NCBI GenBank assembly: GCA_963667175.2
Contig: CAXXXF010000004.1
Coordinates: 328,184 to 392,183 of the forward strand
Source: Candidatus Latescibacterota bacterium
Lineage (GTDB): Bacteria; Latescibacterota; UBA2968; GCA-2709665
DNA length: 64,000 nt
Reading direction: 5' to 3'
The notes beneath the pieces were generated by a model. It ran no database searches and was not told the origin of the DNA. It saw only the letters and a list, made by a program, of their open reading frames with translations. A program made the position numbers and the translations under genes. This document shows, one piece after another, positions 18,041 to 28,674 of the stretch (positions within the stretch are counted from its first letter, which is position 1; every line of letters starts with the position of its first letter).

Positions 18041-20488
18041 CTAATCGATCACCCGGAACAACGCCTCCCGCGCAGCTTCCTGACCGGTATGCATGTCTTT
18101 CAGACGCACCGATAGGAGGTGTACGCCTGCAGGCACGTGGCTCAGGTCAATCTGCAGATACGTGAAGTCGTCCTCCCGGTCTCCCTCGTACCGCGCGGTG
18201 ATCGTCGTCTCCACGCCCTCTTTGCTCCGACCCATCCTCTTGATCCGGCTGGCAAGTCTATCCTCTTCCGGAAACACAAACCTTGCCCTGTACGTCAACT
18301 CCTCTTTCCTCTTCGCATCGAAATAGTCCGGAACGACCTGTTGCTGCACCACCGGCAGACCCTGGCGCCGCTGTTCTTCTTCTTCCTCCTCCGAAACTCG
18401 TGGTGGACGGCGCATGCCCGACTCACGGGTCCTGGAGACACGAGACACTTCCAACTGCCTGCCGCCCTGGGGCAACCGTTGCGCGACGAACAGGTACGGG
18501 TCGATCTTTCTCTGTTCCGTGTTTCCGATCGTGTATGAGATCTCGTACTCCGTTCGACCGAATTCGTCCCGCTCCAGGTTGTATACTTCCAGGTAGATGA
18601 ACGCAGGCTCGGAGCGATGGTAGGTCCGCAGCGGATTGGCCACAATGTCGAGGTCCGACCGTCCCTCCGGAAAAGGCGTTCTCGAATTGATCTGTGCGGC
18701 CAGCAACAGGTCGCTCATCGCCAGCGACGACCCCATCGCCTCGAATTCCCGGTGCTGTCGAAACGTGCCGATGGATCCTCGCCCGGCATCCCTCAATTCG
18801 CCAACATAGTGATACTTTCCCGGAGCTATCCTGAACGGCACCTGGATAACCAGATGATTATTCCGGAGGCTGTCCGAAACGGCATATCCGCTTGGCGTTA
18901 AACTCGGCCACTTCAGTTTGAAATCCGATCGCTTTCGATAGACCTCGTCCCAGCGCTCGTCGAAGAGAAATACGCCGTTTTCAATAGCAATGCTCCTGTC
19001 CGAATCCGAGACGGTCCCATTGTATCTGGGCAGCGCATAAGCCAGTTCCACGCGGAGGCTGTCTCCGTCCTTGAAACTCGCGACCTGATGAGGCACGCGG
19101 TATTTCATCCGGCCATAGGGATCGATATACCGCGTCCGGTCCGGCAAACGAGATGGAGAGAAGCCGTGGAATCCGTCGGATATCTGAAAATCAACCCGGA
19201 ATCCCTCGTAGAACCACGTCTCTTTCTGCATGGACAAATGCCAGCGCATCGGCGGTGTTTGGCCGAAGGTGTAGGTGTAGTCTATCGGACCAGAACCGAC
19301 CTCCGGTCGTTGCATCCTTCGGTCCAGATATCGTCCCAGTCGTATATACGCTCGGCCCATATCCGTCCGCCAGCCCTCAATGCCCTTTGACGGACGGCTG
19401 AACCGCAGATTCGCGTACGCGACCCGGCCGTAATGCTCCATGCGGCGTTCGTTGAATTCCGTCAGAAACAGGGGGTCCTGCCGCCGCCAGAATCGAACTC
19501 GCTCCGCACTGTCGACCCAGGGTTGATACGTGCCTCCGACCGTCTCCCCTTCGCGATGGAGGTCGTCCAGGTTCGCACGCTCCGCGTCCGGCACAATGCC
19601 CTCTACCGATTCCATCGCGGCACGCTCAGCCGGCGCCATTCTCTGAAGTGCTCGCGTATAGAACTCATGCGCCGATGTCTCGTCGCCCAGAGCCTGGTAT
19701 CCGAGCCCGCAAAAGAGCAACGCATCCTTGTCGTCACGGGCGCGATCCAACAGCAGATTTGCCACCCGAATCAGTTCTACCGGCCGATTGGTCTCGAGGC
19801 AGGCAAGCCCCAGTTGGAAATACGCATCCTTGAATTGGGGATCTGCCTCGATGCACGTCTTCAAGTAGGTCACGGCTTCATTCAGTTCTTCAATGCCGAG
19901 TTCTCTTAACGAGTGCCTGGCACGCGAGCCGCCTTCTCTCCAGTCGATCGGCGACACCCTGCTTGTAAACTCCATGTCGTAATATTTCATGAAGTTCTTG
20001 ATACCATGGTGACCGATCATGTAGGCCGCCCTCGGGTTTTCGGGATCAGCTTTCAACGCCTTCTTGTACTCTCTCACCGCATTGTGCCACGATCCCTGCG
20101 CCCACAGGATGTCCGCCTTCATCAGGCGATAGGTCACATTGTTTCGATCCAGCCGAATGGCCTTTTTAACTGCCTTCATCGCGCTTTCGCGATCCAGGGG
20201 CGTGTCAAGGGACAGATACAGCTTCGCGATTTCGTAATGGGCCGGCGCGTGGTCCCGATCCGCCTTCAATACCTTACGGAAGGCCTTCACGCTCTCGTCA
20301 ACGGTGACGCGACCCACCTGTTCCAGCGCTGCCTCATAGAGCCGGTCGGCAACCTGCGTCGTGCTGGCGGCAGCCTGTATTGCGAAATGGTATCCAGGGC
20401 ACAGCACAACCAACACGATAGAACTCAATGTGACACGGCATCGTCGCATTCGATACGCTATCAGAGACGGCATTGGAAAACCTCTCAA
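18041..20488 (-). CDS. Secreted TPR + GWxTD domain protein (type A)
   Basis: Signal-like N-terminus, TPRs, DPLFLTEFNERRMEHYGRVAYAN, GWRTDMGRAYIRLG, ETWFY. Confidence 0.9.
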   Translation of the reverse strand: MRGFPMPSLIAYRMRRCRVTLSSIVLVVLCPGYHFAIQAAASTTQVADRLYEAALEQVGRVTVDESVKAFRKVLKADRDHAPAHYEIAKLYLSLDTPLDRESAMKAVKKAIRLDRNNVTYRLMKADILWAQGSWHNAVREYKKALKADPENPRAAYMIGHHGIKNFMKYYDMEFTSRVSPIDWREGGSRARHSLRELGIEELNEAVTYLKTCIEADPQFKDAYFQLGLACLETNRPVELIRVANLLLDRARDDKDALLFCGLGYQALGDETSAHEFYTRALQRMAPAERAAMESVEGIVPDAERANLDDLHREGETVGGTYQPWVDSAERVRFWRRQDPLFLTEFNERRMEHYGRVAYANLRFSRPSKGIEGWRTDMGRAYIRLGRYLDRRMQRPEVGSGPIDYTYTFGQTPPMRWHLSMQKETWFYEGFRVDFQISDGFHGFSPSRLPDRTRYIDPYGRMKYRVPHQVASFKDGDSLRVELAYALPRYNGTVSDSDRSIAIENGVFLFDERWDEVYRKRSDFKLKWPSLTPSGYAVSDSLRNNHLVIQVPFRIAPGKYHYVGELRDAGRGSIGTFRQHREFEAMGSSLAMSDLLLAAQINSRTPFPEGRSDLDIVANPLRTYHRSEPAFIYLEVYNLERDEFGRTEYEISYTIGNTEQRKIDPYLFVAQRLPQGGRQLEVSRVSRTRESGMRRPPRVSEEEEEEQRRQGLPVVQQQVVPDYFDAKRKEELTYRARFVFPEEDRLASRIKRMGRSKEGVETTITARYEGDREDDFTYLQIDLSHVPAGVHLLSVRLKDMHTGQEAAREALFRVID

Positions 20489-20530
20489 TCTCTTGGCGAG
20501 GCGTTTTAACTGAGACTATTTTCCACCATA

Positions 20531-20640
20531 CCCGTCCTTCCCAAAAGACACGGGCCGGGCGCCAGGGGTTCAAAAAAAGTCCGAAAATCGCGGCTTCCGG
20601 ACTCATTTTGCGCCTGGATGATGAATTTTTGGTAACCGGA
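20531..20640 (-). promoter_or_regulatory. Conserved upstream cassette copy 2 (hairpin/U-tract + GAAC-N18-GTCT)
   Basis: tttttttGAAC-ccctggcgcccggcccgt-GTCT, 18-nt spacer. Confidence 0.6.
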
Positions 20641-20729
20641 GGCTATGTTACGTCGTTGCGTAACATCGTTCCAACTCCGTTCCGACCGATCAAAGCCGCA
20701 ACAGGTTGTATCGGAAAATCCGATCGCGG

Positions 20730-20985
20730 AATCGCCGTGTTCAGACGCAACCAGATGTGTGGAAGTGACCGCGCGTGCCCGACAAACGGGTCCAATCACT
20801 CCCCCCTTGAGGGGGAGTCGCCTGCCTGCGCCTGCCTGTCCCGTTGGAACGGCAGACAGGCCAAGCGGAGCGCCTGCCTGCCGCGGGAAGCGCAGCGGCG
20901 CAGGCAGGCGGCAGGCAGGCAGAAGCCGAGCCGATCCCTGAGCTTGTCGAAGGGCCGGCGAAGGCTGATGCGGTGGGGGGATCGC
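20730..20985. repeat. Nested REP/MITE-like palindrome cluster
   Basis: cactcccccttgagggggagtcg, nested CCTGCCTG...CAGGCAGG, ccctgagcttgtcgaaggg. Related clusters at ~31260-31405, ~42245-42485 and ~61445-61590. Confidence 0.7.
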
Positions 20986-21093
20986 AACACATCTTTGCTA
21001 GCTGGCAACGTGAAAATGACATGAACGCATTTCGCGGAGAAGTCTTACTGTAAGGCTCTAACGGCCGAACGGACAGGATTCGGTGAAATCCTC

Positions 21094-23505
21094 TCACTCG
21101 TCTCTGAGCGTATCGGCCGGATTCAGCGTTGCGGCCACATAGGTCTTGCAGCTGACTGCGAGCATAACAAAGGCAGACGCCAAAACGCCGCCTGCGATAA
21201 TGGGTGCGATCAGGTCGATTCTATAGACGAAACTCTGAAGCCACTCCCTTAACGCGAAGTAAGCGACGGGTCCGGCGCCGATGGCAGCCAGGATGACGAT
21301 TTTCGTGAAGTCAATCGAAAGGCGCACCATCAGACGGGAAATGGACGTGCCGAACACCCTTCGGATTCCGATTTCCTTTGTCCTCCGGGCGACGGAGAAA
21401 GAGGTCAGACCAAAGGCGCCGAGACAAGCAAGACCCAATGCGAGAATTGCCGGGAGTCGAATGGCGTTCAGCCATTTTTCATCCTTCTTGTATTGGTCCC
21501 TCAGTTCGTCTTCGAGAAACCCGGCTCGAAAGGGCTGAGACGGCGCGATTTCCTGCCATTCCTTGCGTAAAATATCAAGGATGTCTCCGTTCTCGCCGGA
21601 CGTCGACACAACGAATAACAGGTCACAATACTCGGGTTCCAGGAAAATGACCGCGGGCGCCACCTGCTTGTGGAAGGACTTGAAGTGGAAGTCTCTGACC
21701 ACGCCGATAATTGGCGCGTCTCCGTTGCCGTTCCAGTCGACGACCCGGTTTGCAGCGCTTTGCCATCCAAGCTGCTTCATGAGGGCCTGATTGATAATGA
21801 CGGCGTTGCGGTCGGTCGATAGCAACCTGGAAAAATCCCTGCCCTCCATCATCGGAAACTCGAGTGTCTTCAAGAAACCATAGTCCACGGCAATCGTCTC
21901 CACGCCATGGACTTTCCTGCCCTCAGCTTCGGCAAAGCCGCCGATTGACTTTCGATTGCTGAGTGGATGTTGTCCCCGGGCAACGCCGATGACGTTCGGA
22001 TATGATTCTATTTTCCGCGCATAAACATCCACCAGGCCCGGCGAAGATTCCCGCAATCCCCCGGTTTGGACGGCAATGACGCCGTCCGTACGGAAGCCTG
22101 GGTTCTTGTTTACAAGGAGATTGAGCTGGGCCGCCATCCCAAGGGCGCCCATCATCATGGTCATTGACATTGCCAACTGGATTACGAGCAGCATCCGCAT
22201 GAGAAAACCGGGATTTACGCTCTCGGGCCGGGCATATAGGACGTCGGCCGGCTCCAGGCGGGATAACGCCAGGGCAGGATATAGGCCAGCCCCTGTGCCA
22301 ACGGCCACGGTGAGAAGAAGAACGAACAGCAACGTTGTAACGCTCAACTGCCCGGACATGCTGATCTTGGCCCCGACAAGGGAATTGAAGTGCGGCAGGA
22401 TCGCGCTCACCAGTCCAAGGCCAATAACAAGGGCCATCAGCGCCATCAATACCGATTCCATGAGGAACTGAGACATAAACTGACGCTTTCCGGCGCCGAA
22501 AAGCCGGCGAACGCCCGCTTCTTTTGCGCGAGATAACCCGCGGCCGATGGCCAGTGCCGAATAGTTGACGCTCGAAATCGTAATCACAACGAGCGCGATT
22601 CCGAGAAAGACGTAGATGTACACCGGATTGATTGCTCGTTCCACGCCGAAAGCGTGCGGGTCGAAACGCATTTCCTTAAGAGGTTGCAGCGACATGCTTA
22701 TCTGAGCGGTTGCCGGCAGCCCCTGTGCTCGTTGTACGATTTCGGGCAGCCTGTCCTCAATATTTCGAGGCTCCATATGGTCGGGTAAGAAGACAAACGT
22801 CGTGGCGACGGGAACCATCCACAAACCGAAATTCGGAGTTTCACGTGCGGAATCGGAGGGCGACCCTTCCTTCGCCACAACACGAACGTTTACAGATACC
22901 CATGAGTTCAGTAACTCATCCGCGGCATCGGCGGGTACCAGACAATCGAACACAAGGCTGGAGTTCTCCGGAAGTCTTGACAGCACCCCGGTGACCGTAT
23001 ATGCCCTTCCCTTGTCTATGGTAATGACCTCGCCCACCGGGTTTGTGCCCGGAAACAGTCTTCTCGCCACCTTCTCGGTGATCACAATTGAACGCACGTC
23101 GCGGAGCGCGGTTGACGCATCTCCGATGACCATTGGAAACGAAAAGACGTCCAGAAACGAGGGATCCACGTAACTCACCCGAAATCTCAACGACTTTTCC
23201 CCGAACGAGACAGAACCACTGCGCTTGAAAATCCGCACCACCGTGACATCCGGCAACTCATGCGCAATGGCGGGCCCGAGAGGCCACGCTGTCCGGCTCA
23301 TGCTTCGATCGCCGAATTTCTGGTTGATTCTGTAGATGCGCTCCGCATTGACGTGAAAGTGATCGTAGGTCAACTCGTTGTATGCAAATACAACGGCAAG
23401 CATTCCGAATGCGAGCGCGACGGACAGTCCTCCGAGATTGATCAACGAAACCAGTTTGCTCTTGAACAAGCTTCTGAAAGCAAGTGTCATGTAGTTGCGC
23501 AACAT
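21094..23505 (-). CDS. MacB/FtsX-type ABC permease, internally duplicated (~800 aa), no adjacent ATPase
   Basis: MLRNY..A.RSL.K N-terminus, two periplasmic + FtsX halves, RAKEAGVRR.FGA and RRTKEIGIRRVFG, C-terminal A..NPADTLRDE. Confidence 0.9.
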   Translation of the reverse strand: MLRNYMTLAFRSLFKSKLVSLINLGGLSVALAFGMLAVVFAYNELTYDHFHVNAERIYRINQKFGDRSMSRTAWPLGPAIAHELPDVTVVRIFKRSGSVSFGEKSLRFRVSYVDPSFLDVFSFPMVIGDASTALRDVRSIVITEKVARRLFPGTNPVGEVITIDKGRAYTVTGVLSRLPENSSLVFDCLVPADAADELLNSWVSVNVRVVAKEGSPSDSARETPNFGLWMVPVATTFVFLPDHMEPRNIEDRLPEIVQRAQGLPATAQISMSLQPLKEMRFDPHAFGVERAINPVYIYVFLGIALVVITISSVNYSALAIGRGLSRAKEAGVRRLFGAGKRQFMSQFLMESVLMALMALVIGLGLVSAILPHFNSLVGAKISMSGQLSVTTLLFVLLLTVAVGTGAGLYPALALSRLEPADVLYARPESVNPGFLMRMLLVIQLAMSMTMMMGALGMAAQLNLLVNKNPGFRTDGVIAVQTGGLRESSPGLVDVYARKIESYPNVIGVARGQHPLSNRKSIGGFAEAEGRKVHGVETIAVDYGFLKTLEFPMMEGRDFSRLLSTDRNAVIINQALMKQLGWQSAANRVVDWNGNGDAPIIGVVRDFHFKSFHKQVAPAVIFLEPEYCDLLFVVSTSGENGDILDILRKEWQEIAPSQPFRAGFLEDELRDQYKKDEKWLNAIRLPAILALGLACLGAFGLTSFSVARRTKEIGIRRVFGTSISRLMVRLSIDFTKIVILAAIGAGPVAYFALREWLQSFVYRIDLIAPIIAGGVLASAFVMLAVSCKTYVAATLNPADTLRDE

Positions 23506-23559
23506 CGTTCCAGCTCCCTTCCGGCCGATCGAACCCGTGACGGGTCTTGTCCGCCAATC

Positions 23560-23630
23560 CTATTCCGCGATGACGAACCCGGCGTCCTTCTCGGCGGTTT
23601 CACCGCTGTTCACGTCCCTGACGGTGACAT
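23560..23630 (-). pseudogene. 3'-end relic of a large-type GWxTD gene
   Basis: Translates NVTVRDVNSGETAEKDAGFVIAE*, matching the C-terminus ...SGEAVEKDAVFVIAE* of the 43998 gene. Confidence 0.7.
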
Positions 23631-23672
23631 TCGTGAATCTCTATTCGGCAGGTGACCGGGCGCCGCAAATAG

Positions 23673-24767
23673 CTAAGGTGTGTACGCCAGGATCTGATCC
23701 ATCGTTTCTCCGTTTCTTGTTCCGCCGATAACCAGTACACGCCCGTCGCGAAGCACCGTCACCGTGTACAGGCTGTAGTCTCGCCCGATACTGTCGCCTG
23801 TGGGATGAAATGTCCCGTTTTCCGGGTCGTAGAGTACCACGTCGCCGCTGCGGAGGATGAGAAACACTTTCCCTGTGTGTAACACGGCGGCAGCTCGAAT
23901 CTGCTCGTTGCCGGGACTGCCAGCCCGCGAAAACGTCCCGGTGGAGGGGTCGTAACGCTCTGCGACCGTCACCTGCGCCGGAGAAGCTGGATCGCCTATT
24001 CTGCCGCCTGCAATCAACACGCTGCCGTCCGGAAGCAGCAGCGCCGTGTGTCCGTACCGCTCGTGTGCCAGACCCGCGACCTTCGTAATGACATTGGACG
24101 ACGGGTCGTAGACTTCAGAATCTCTAACCGCACGATCGGTGATCCCACCGGTAATCAAGGTCCGCCCATCCTGCAGCATGGTCGCCGTAAAGGCCCCGCG
24201 AGCGACCGCCAGCCTGTTCCTGAATTCAAACTCGCCCGTTTCAGGATCTATCGTCGTGATCACGCCGAATCGACCGAATGCAAGAATCTTTCCATTTGAA
24301 AGTAACGTAGACCTGGAGATTTTTTCGAATGCGGGATTGAACTGAAATGGCGTAAATTCGCCGGTTCGCGGATCGAATATTTCCACCGGGTAAGTCTTTG
24401 CACCGGTATGCTGAATCGCGCTCGCAAATACAACCCGACCGTCGGGCAGCAATGTTCCTTTGTCGCCCATTCGTGAGGTCGACATGCTGCCGGTTGCTCT
24501 GGAGGATCCAGTTTCGGGATCGAAAATTTCCGCACTGCTATGATACGTCGTATATGCACCGGACCCACCCGTCGCGGCGCCTCCACCGATAAGTACCCTT
24601 CCGTCCTGCAACAATGTCGAATAATGCCCGTACCGCTTGTCCGTCATGTGCCCGGCGACTGCAATGCCCTTCGGGCCTGCGTTTGAATCAATACCTGCAG
24701 GCACAGTTCCGCCGCAGCCCGTCAGAATCGATAAGATGATGAACGCCAGGATACTCTGCACGGACAT
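23673..24767 (-). CDS. Kelch-repeat lipoprotein
   Basis: Lipobox ILTGC; repeats R.GH..TLL.DGRVLI.GG...SAEIFDP. Confidence 0.88.
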   Translation of the reverse strand: MSVQSILAFIILSILTGCGGTVPAGIDSNAGPKGIAVAGHMTDKRYGHYSTLLQDGRVLIGGGAATGGSGAYTTYHSSAEIFDPETGSSRATGSMSTSRMGDKGTLLPDGRVVFASAIQHTGAKTYPVEIFDPRTGEFTPFQFNPAFEKISRSTLLSNGKILAFGRFGVITTIDPETGEFEFRNRLAVARGAFTATMLQDGRTLITGGITDRAVRDSEVYDPSSNVITKVAGLAHERYGHTALLLPDGSVLIAGGRIGDPASPAQVTVAERYDPSTGTFSRAGSPGNEQIRAAAVLHTGKVFLILRSGDVVLYDPENGTFHPTGDSIGRDYSLYTVTVLRDGRVLVIGGTRNGETMDQILAYTP

Positions 24768-24779
24768 GCCGTTTCGTTC

Positions 24780-27700
24780 CTATCGCGCGATGACGAAGAC
24801 CGCGTCTTTCTCCGCCGATTGGCCGCTGTTCCTGTCGCTGATCGTTACCTTCAGCGTATATCGACCCGGGACCTGATCGGCGAGGTCCAATTCCACGTAT
24901 TCCACTTCCTGCGGGTTCTCGCCCTGCTGTTCGTACGTGACGGCCAGTTCTTCTCTCGTGCCGGTCTTCCACCGGAACAGGCGCGAGACGTTGCTCAACG
25001 TGACCTGCGCGTCCGAGGACGTGATCGAATAGGATACGTAATAGTCCGTCCGGCCGAACGCGTCCTTCGCCAGGTTGTAGATTTCGTAGTAGACGAAGAC
25101 GCCCTGACCCCTTTTGTACGTCCGGGACGGCATGGGAACGACGTTCAGGTTGCCCTTGCTAAAACGGCTGTCCGCTTTTTCCGCGGCTACATGCCAGGCC
25201 AGTTCCAGGTCGCTGATCTGCAGCCGGTCTTCACCGTACGGCTCCACGACAACGTGCTGACGATAGGCGCCCACGCGCCCCCTGAGCCGGTCCTGCGCCC
25301 TCACCTCCAGCCGGTAGGCGCCCGGCGGCAGGTTCAGCTTCAGCACGCCGGGGACCTGGATGCCCTCCCCCGCCTGGTTGCCGGCGGCTTCATACGTGAA
25401 CCCGTCCGATTGCCGGTAGACCGTGTCCAGCGCGGATGATATGAGCGCCGCGTGGTGCGTGAGTACCTGCCGTGTGACGTCCTCTTCCGGAACGTAGTGG
25501 GCGGGAAGGATAGGGACGCCGTAGTAAATTTCCAGGAGGCTGCGCTCGTCTTCCCCCCTGAAGTCCGCCAGCGAGTAGTGGAAATCCAGCGGCGCCGTTT
25601 CCTCTTCGGGCGCATAGTAATTGGGCGCTACCCGGGCGGCTCTCTTGTAGACCTCTCCTGGTGAGTGCGTTCTCAACTTCGCGGTCTGCCTGAGCTCTAT
25701 GTCCCCCCGGTTGGGCGGCATGGGGGCGTATTCATACGTTCCCGCGCCGAATTCATCCGTAAACGTGATTTCAATGCCGCCGCCCACGTCCGTGTAGATC
25801 CACGTTTCCCATGGGATGGTGCTCATGTCTTCGCCGGAGGTAACCGGATGATAGTTGCCGAAGCCCAGCCGCTTGTCCATGGGCAGGGTTCCCAGCCTCA
25901 CCGTATCCATGACGTCCTCCGACGGTACAGCTTCGTTCATCCCGCCGCCAACAAAAGAGGCCTCGCCACCGCCTCCGGCCCCCCCGCCACCGCCAGCTGC
26001 TCCCGTCTGGCTGAGTCCCGGCGTCTCCGCTTCTCGAAACTCGTACCAGGATCCTTCCAGCCGACGCTTGCCGCGTATGGGAAAGACCGGCCCCATAAAC
26101 GTCGCCTCCATTGCGTCCGCGCCGTAGATGCCCGCGGCCAGACGTTCCTTGACCCGCTGGACCGCGAGGCTCTGCCGGTAGTTGGGTTGATCCGACCTGG
26201 ACCGGTGGTCCGGTTCCCCGAAACGGATATAGACCTCGCCCCTGACGTCCCACGGCTGCTTGTTCTCCGAGAATTCCGTGAGCGCGTTCCAGACGCGCCG
26301 GTAGTGTTCCAGCTGGCGTTCATTTACCGGCGTGGACAGGTCCGGGTCCCGGTCGTTCCAGAATCGTTTCAGGAACGCGGCGCGGTCGAGCTCGGGCGTA
26401 TTCTTGAATTCGGCGATTTCCTCGGACGACGAAACGAGCCGGATATCTTCGTACAATAACCTTTCTTCGGCGGGGAGTTTCGATACATAGTCCTGAAAGA
26501 ACTCCATCGCCATGTCCTGCTTACCCTGCTTCATGGACGCCTGGGCGACGATGGGCATGAGTTCAATCGCATCGGGGTTCTGCTCCACGAAACCGAGCAG
26601 TTTTGCCATGATTTTTTCGTAGTCTTCGATCATCAGATACGCAATGCCCAGCCGGCTGCGCAGGCTGGTATCGTCAGGGCGCAGCGCCATGTAACGGGTA
26701 TACCAGACGATGGCCTGCTCGTAGTCCTTCCAGAAATCGGCGTGCCAGTCGCCCATCAGGAGGTAGGCGTCCGCGTAGTTCGGGTCGAGTTCCAGCACCC
26801 GGTCCACCGCGCGGCCCACGTCGTATTCATTCATCTGGTAGCGCATTCTGGCGATCTGATACCGGGCGTCCACGTACCCGTGGTCCCGGGCGAGCGCTTC
26901 CTGGAAATAGTGGATGGCCAGGTTGCGTTCCTTCGGAAGCTCCCCGTACACCAGGCCCACTCCGTAATAGGCCCTGGCGCCGCCCTGTAGCGAGATGGCT
27001 TTCTTGAAGGCCCACATCGCACGCTCGTAGTCTTCCGCCTCGTGGTACGCATGTCCCAATTCAATGTGGAGGGGCGCGTCCTTCGGCCGCTGGACGGCCA
27101 CAAGCCGGAACAGGGCCGCTGCCTCCTTGAGCCGGTCCTCGCGTGTGTGCGCCAGCACGACGGCGAAGAGAGAGTCCACCGTATCGGAACGCATGTCCAC
27201 CGCTTCGAGCCGCCGGTCGCCTGTCGTTTCCGTCAGGTGGAGATACCGGTCCCGGTGCCAGAAACAGGCCAGGACAGGCAGGCCGGGCGCGGCCTGGGGG
27301 CTGTAGAGATATCTGACCTGCGGATCCGATTCGGGAATCGCAGGACAGCTGAAGAGAACGTCGAGGACGTCCGCGTCTCTCTTGCGTTCCGCCTCGCTGG
27401 AAGCCTGCGTTTCGGCTTTCTGTTTTACCCACCGACGGAGAATGCCGTGGTCTGCAGGAAGCGCGTCGTGGATTTCCGCATAGCCGCGCGCCAGATCGTT
27501 CAAGACAATCATGTGTTCCAGGCAGACACGCTCGTTTGCGGCAGTCTTCGGTCGAAGTTGCTGTTCGCGCAGCGTTGCCACGTACGCAAGGCAACTTGCC
27601 CTCGAGACGCCGAGTTTCTTGTGGCGCTTGTGGAGAGCCTCGAACATCCGCTCCACGGCCTTTCGCGCGTCCTTCTCCCTGTGCCGGTCCGCCCGATGCG

Positions 27701-28610
27701 CGGCGGAGTTCATCCGGCTGTATCGAATCAATCCTCTCTGCAGCGCGGCAAGCGCCCTCTGCAGCGAGACCTGTTCGCCGGAAGACAGCGTGGTGTTCAG
27801 ATCGGTCCCCTGCGCGTTTGGGACATCCCGAACGTTGGCGTTGTCCGAGGCAGTTTCGCTGCCCACTTCGCCGGTTGCCGCGCGCACGAACTTCACATCT
27901 TCAGACGTCGTATCGCTCCCGACGAAATAGACTCTCGCGCCGTCTGCAGACCACCGCGGGGCGCCGGTCGTCCTGCGTTTCAAGAGTTGCGTTGCCTTTC
28001 CCGTTCGGTCCACCGTCCATAGCCCGGGCCGACCTCCGTCCGCGACGTCGCCCCACTCGCCGCGAATTGCGAGACGATTCCCTTCCGGAGAAACGGCAAT
28101 GCCCATTGGATTCAGTTCAGGCGGGAGCGGCCAGCGGCTCTCGTCCGAACCGTCCACGCTGACAAGCCAGATACGGTTCCTGACGATCGGCAGGGTGCGG
28201 CCGCCCGCGAGATACGAACCGAAGGCCGGATATCTGAGGCTTCGTTCGAGATAGACCAGGGCGCTGGCATCCGGCAGGAATTCCAGGGCGCCCGCCGCGC
28301 CCGGATAGGTCCTTAGCCGCCGGGGACTCTCGCCATCTCCTCGCGACAGCCATATTTCCGTCAGCAACGCCCTCCGTTCGCCATGTTCCACGGCACAGGC
28401 GCGCATCCGCCCGTCGGGAGACGTCACCGGGCGAGTCTCCGCTGACGAAGAGGGCCGAGGGCATAGCAGCGTTGTGAAAAGCAACACGAACCCGACCGCG
28501 AGTGCGGTATCTGGAGCCGTCCCGTCGGTCTTCCGGTTGACGGTGGTCTTAGAATCGGTCATTTGTCCTGTCCCGGCGGCAGCATACGAAGAAAACATCG
28601 TGAAGCACAA
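24780..28610 (-). CDS. Large secreted TolB-like propeller + TPR + GWxTD-like domain protein
   Basis: SPDG/SPEG/WSADG blades, TPRs, DPDLSTPVNERQLEHYRRVW, PWDVRGEVYIRFGEPD, Gly-rich loop, WETWIY. Confidence 0.87.
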   Translation of the reverse strand: MCFTMFSSYAAAGTGQMTDSKTTVNRKTDGTAPDTALAVGFVLLFTTLLCPRPSSSAETRPVTSPDGRMRACAVEHGERRALLTEIWLSRGDGESPRRLRTYPGAAGALEFLPDASALVYLERSLRYPAFGSYLAGGRTLPIVRNRIWLVSVDGSDESRWPLPPELNPMGIAVSPEGNRLAIRGEWGDVADGGRPGLWTVDRTGKATQLLKRRTTGAPRWSADGARVYFVGSDTTSEDVKFVRAATGEVGSETASDNANVRDVPNAQGTDLNTTLSSGEQVSLQRALAALQRGLIRYSRMNSAAHRADRHREKDARKAVERMFEALHKRHKKLGVSRASCLAYVATLREQQLRPKTAANERVCLEHMIVLNDLARGYAEIHDALPADHGILRRWVKQKAETQASSEAERKRDADVLDVLFSCPAIPESDPQVRYLYSPQAAPGLPVLACFWHRDRYLHLTETTGDRRLEAVDMRSDTVDSLFAVVLAHTREDRLKEAAALFRLVAVQRPKDAPLHIELGHAYHEAEDYERAMWAFKKAISLQGGARAYYGVGLVYGELPKERNLAIHYFQEALARDHGYVDARYQIARMRYQMNEYDVGRAVDRVLELDPNYADAYLLMGDWHADFWKDYEQAIVWYTRYMALRPDDTSLRSRLGIAYLMIEDYEKIMAKLLGFVEQNPDAIELMPIVAQASMKQGKQDMAMEFFQDYVSKLPAEERLLYEDIRLVSSSEEIAEFKNTPELDRAAFLKRFWNDRDPDLSTPVNERQLEHYRRVWNALTEFSENKQPWDVRGEVYIRFGEPDHRSRSDQPNYRQSLAVQRVKERLAAGIYGADAMEATFMGPVFPIRGKRRLEGSWYEFREAETPGLSQTGAAGGGGGAGGGGEASFVGGGMNEAVPSEDVMDTVRLGTLPMDKRLGFGNYHPVTSGEDMSTIPWETWIYTDVGGGIEITFTDEFGAGTYEYAPMPPNRGDIELRQTAKLRTHSPGEVYKRAARVAPNYYAPEEETAPLDFHYSLADFRGEDERSLLEIYYGVPILPAHYVPEEDVTRQVLTHHAALISSALDTVYRQSDGFTYEAAGNQAGEGIQVPGVLKLNLPPGAYRLEVRAQDRLRGRVGAYRQHVVVEPYGEDRLQISDLELAWHVAAEKADSRFSKGNLNVVPMPSRTYKRGQGVFVYYEIYNLAKDAFGRTDYYVSYSITSSDAQVTLSNVSRLFRWKTGTREELAVTYEQQGENPQEVEYVELDLADQVPGRYTLKVTISDRNSGQSAEKDAVFVIAR

Positions 28611-28674
28611 TGCTCAAGGACACTGACTCTTGAAACAACGGCTATTGACTTCAGCTGGACTCACTGCATAGCAT

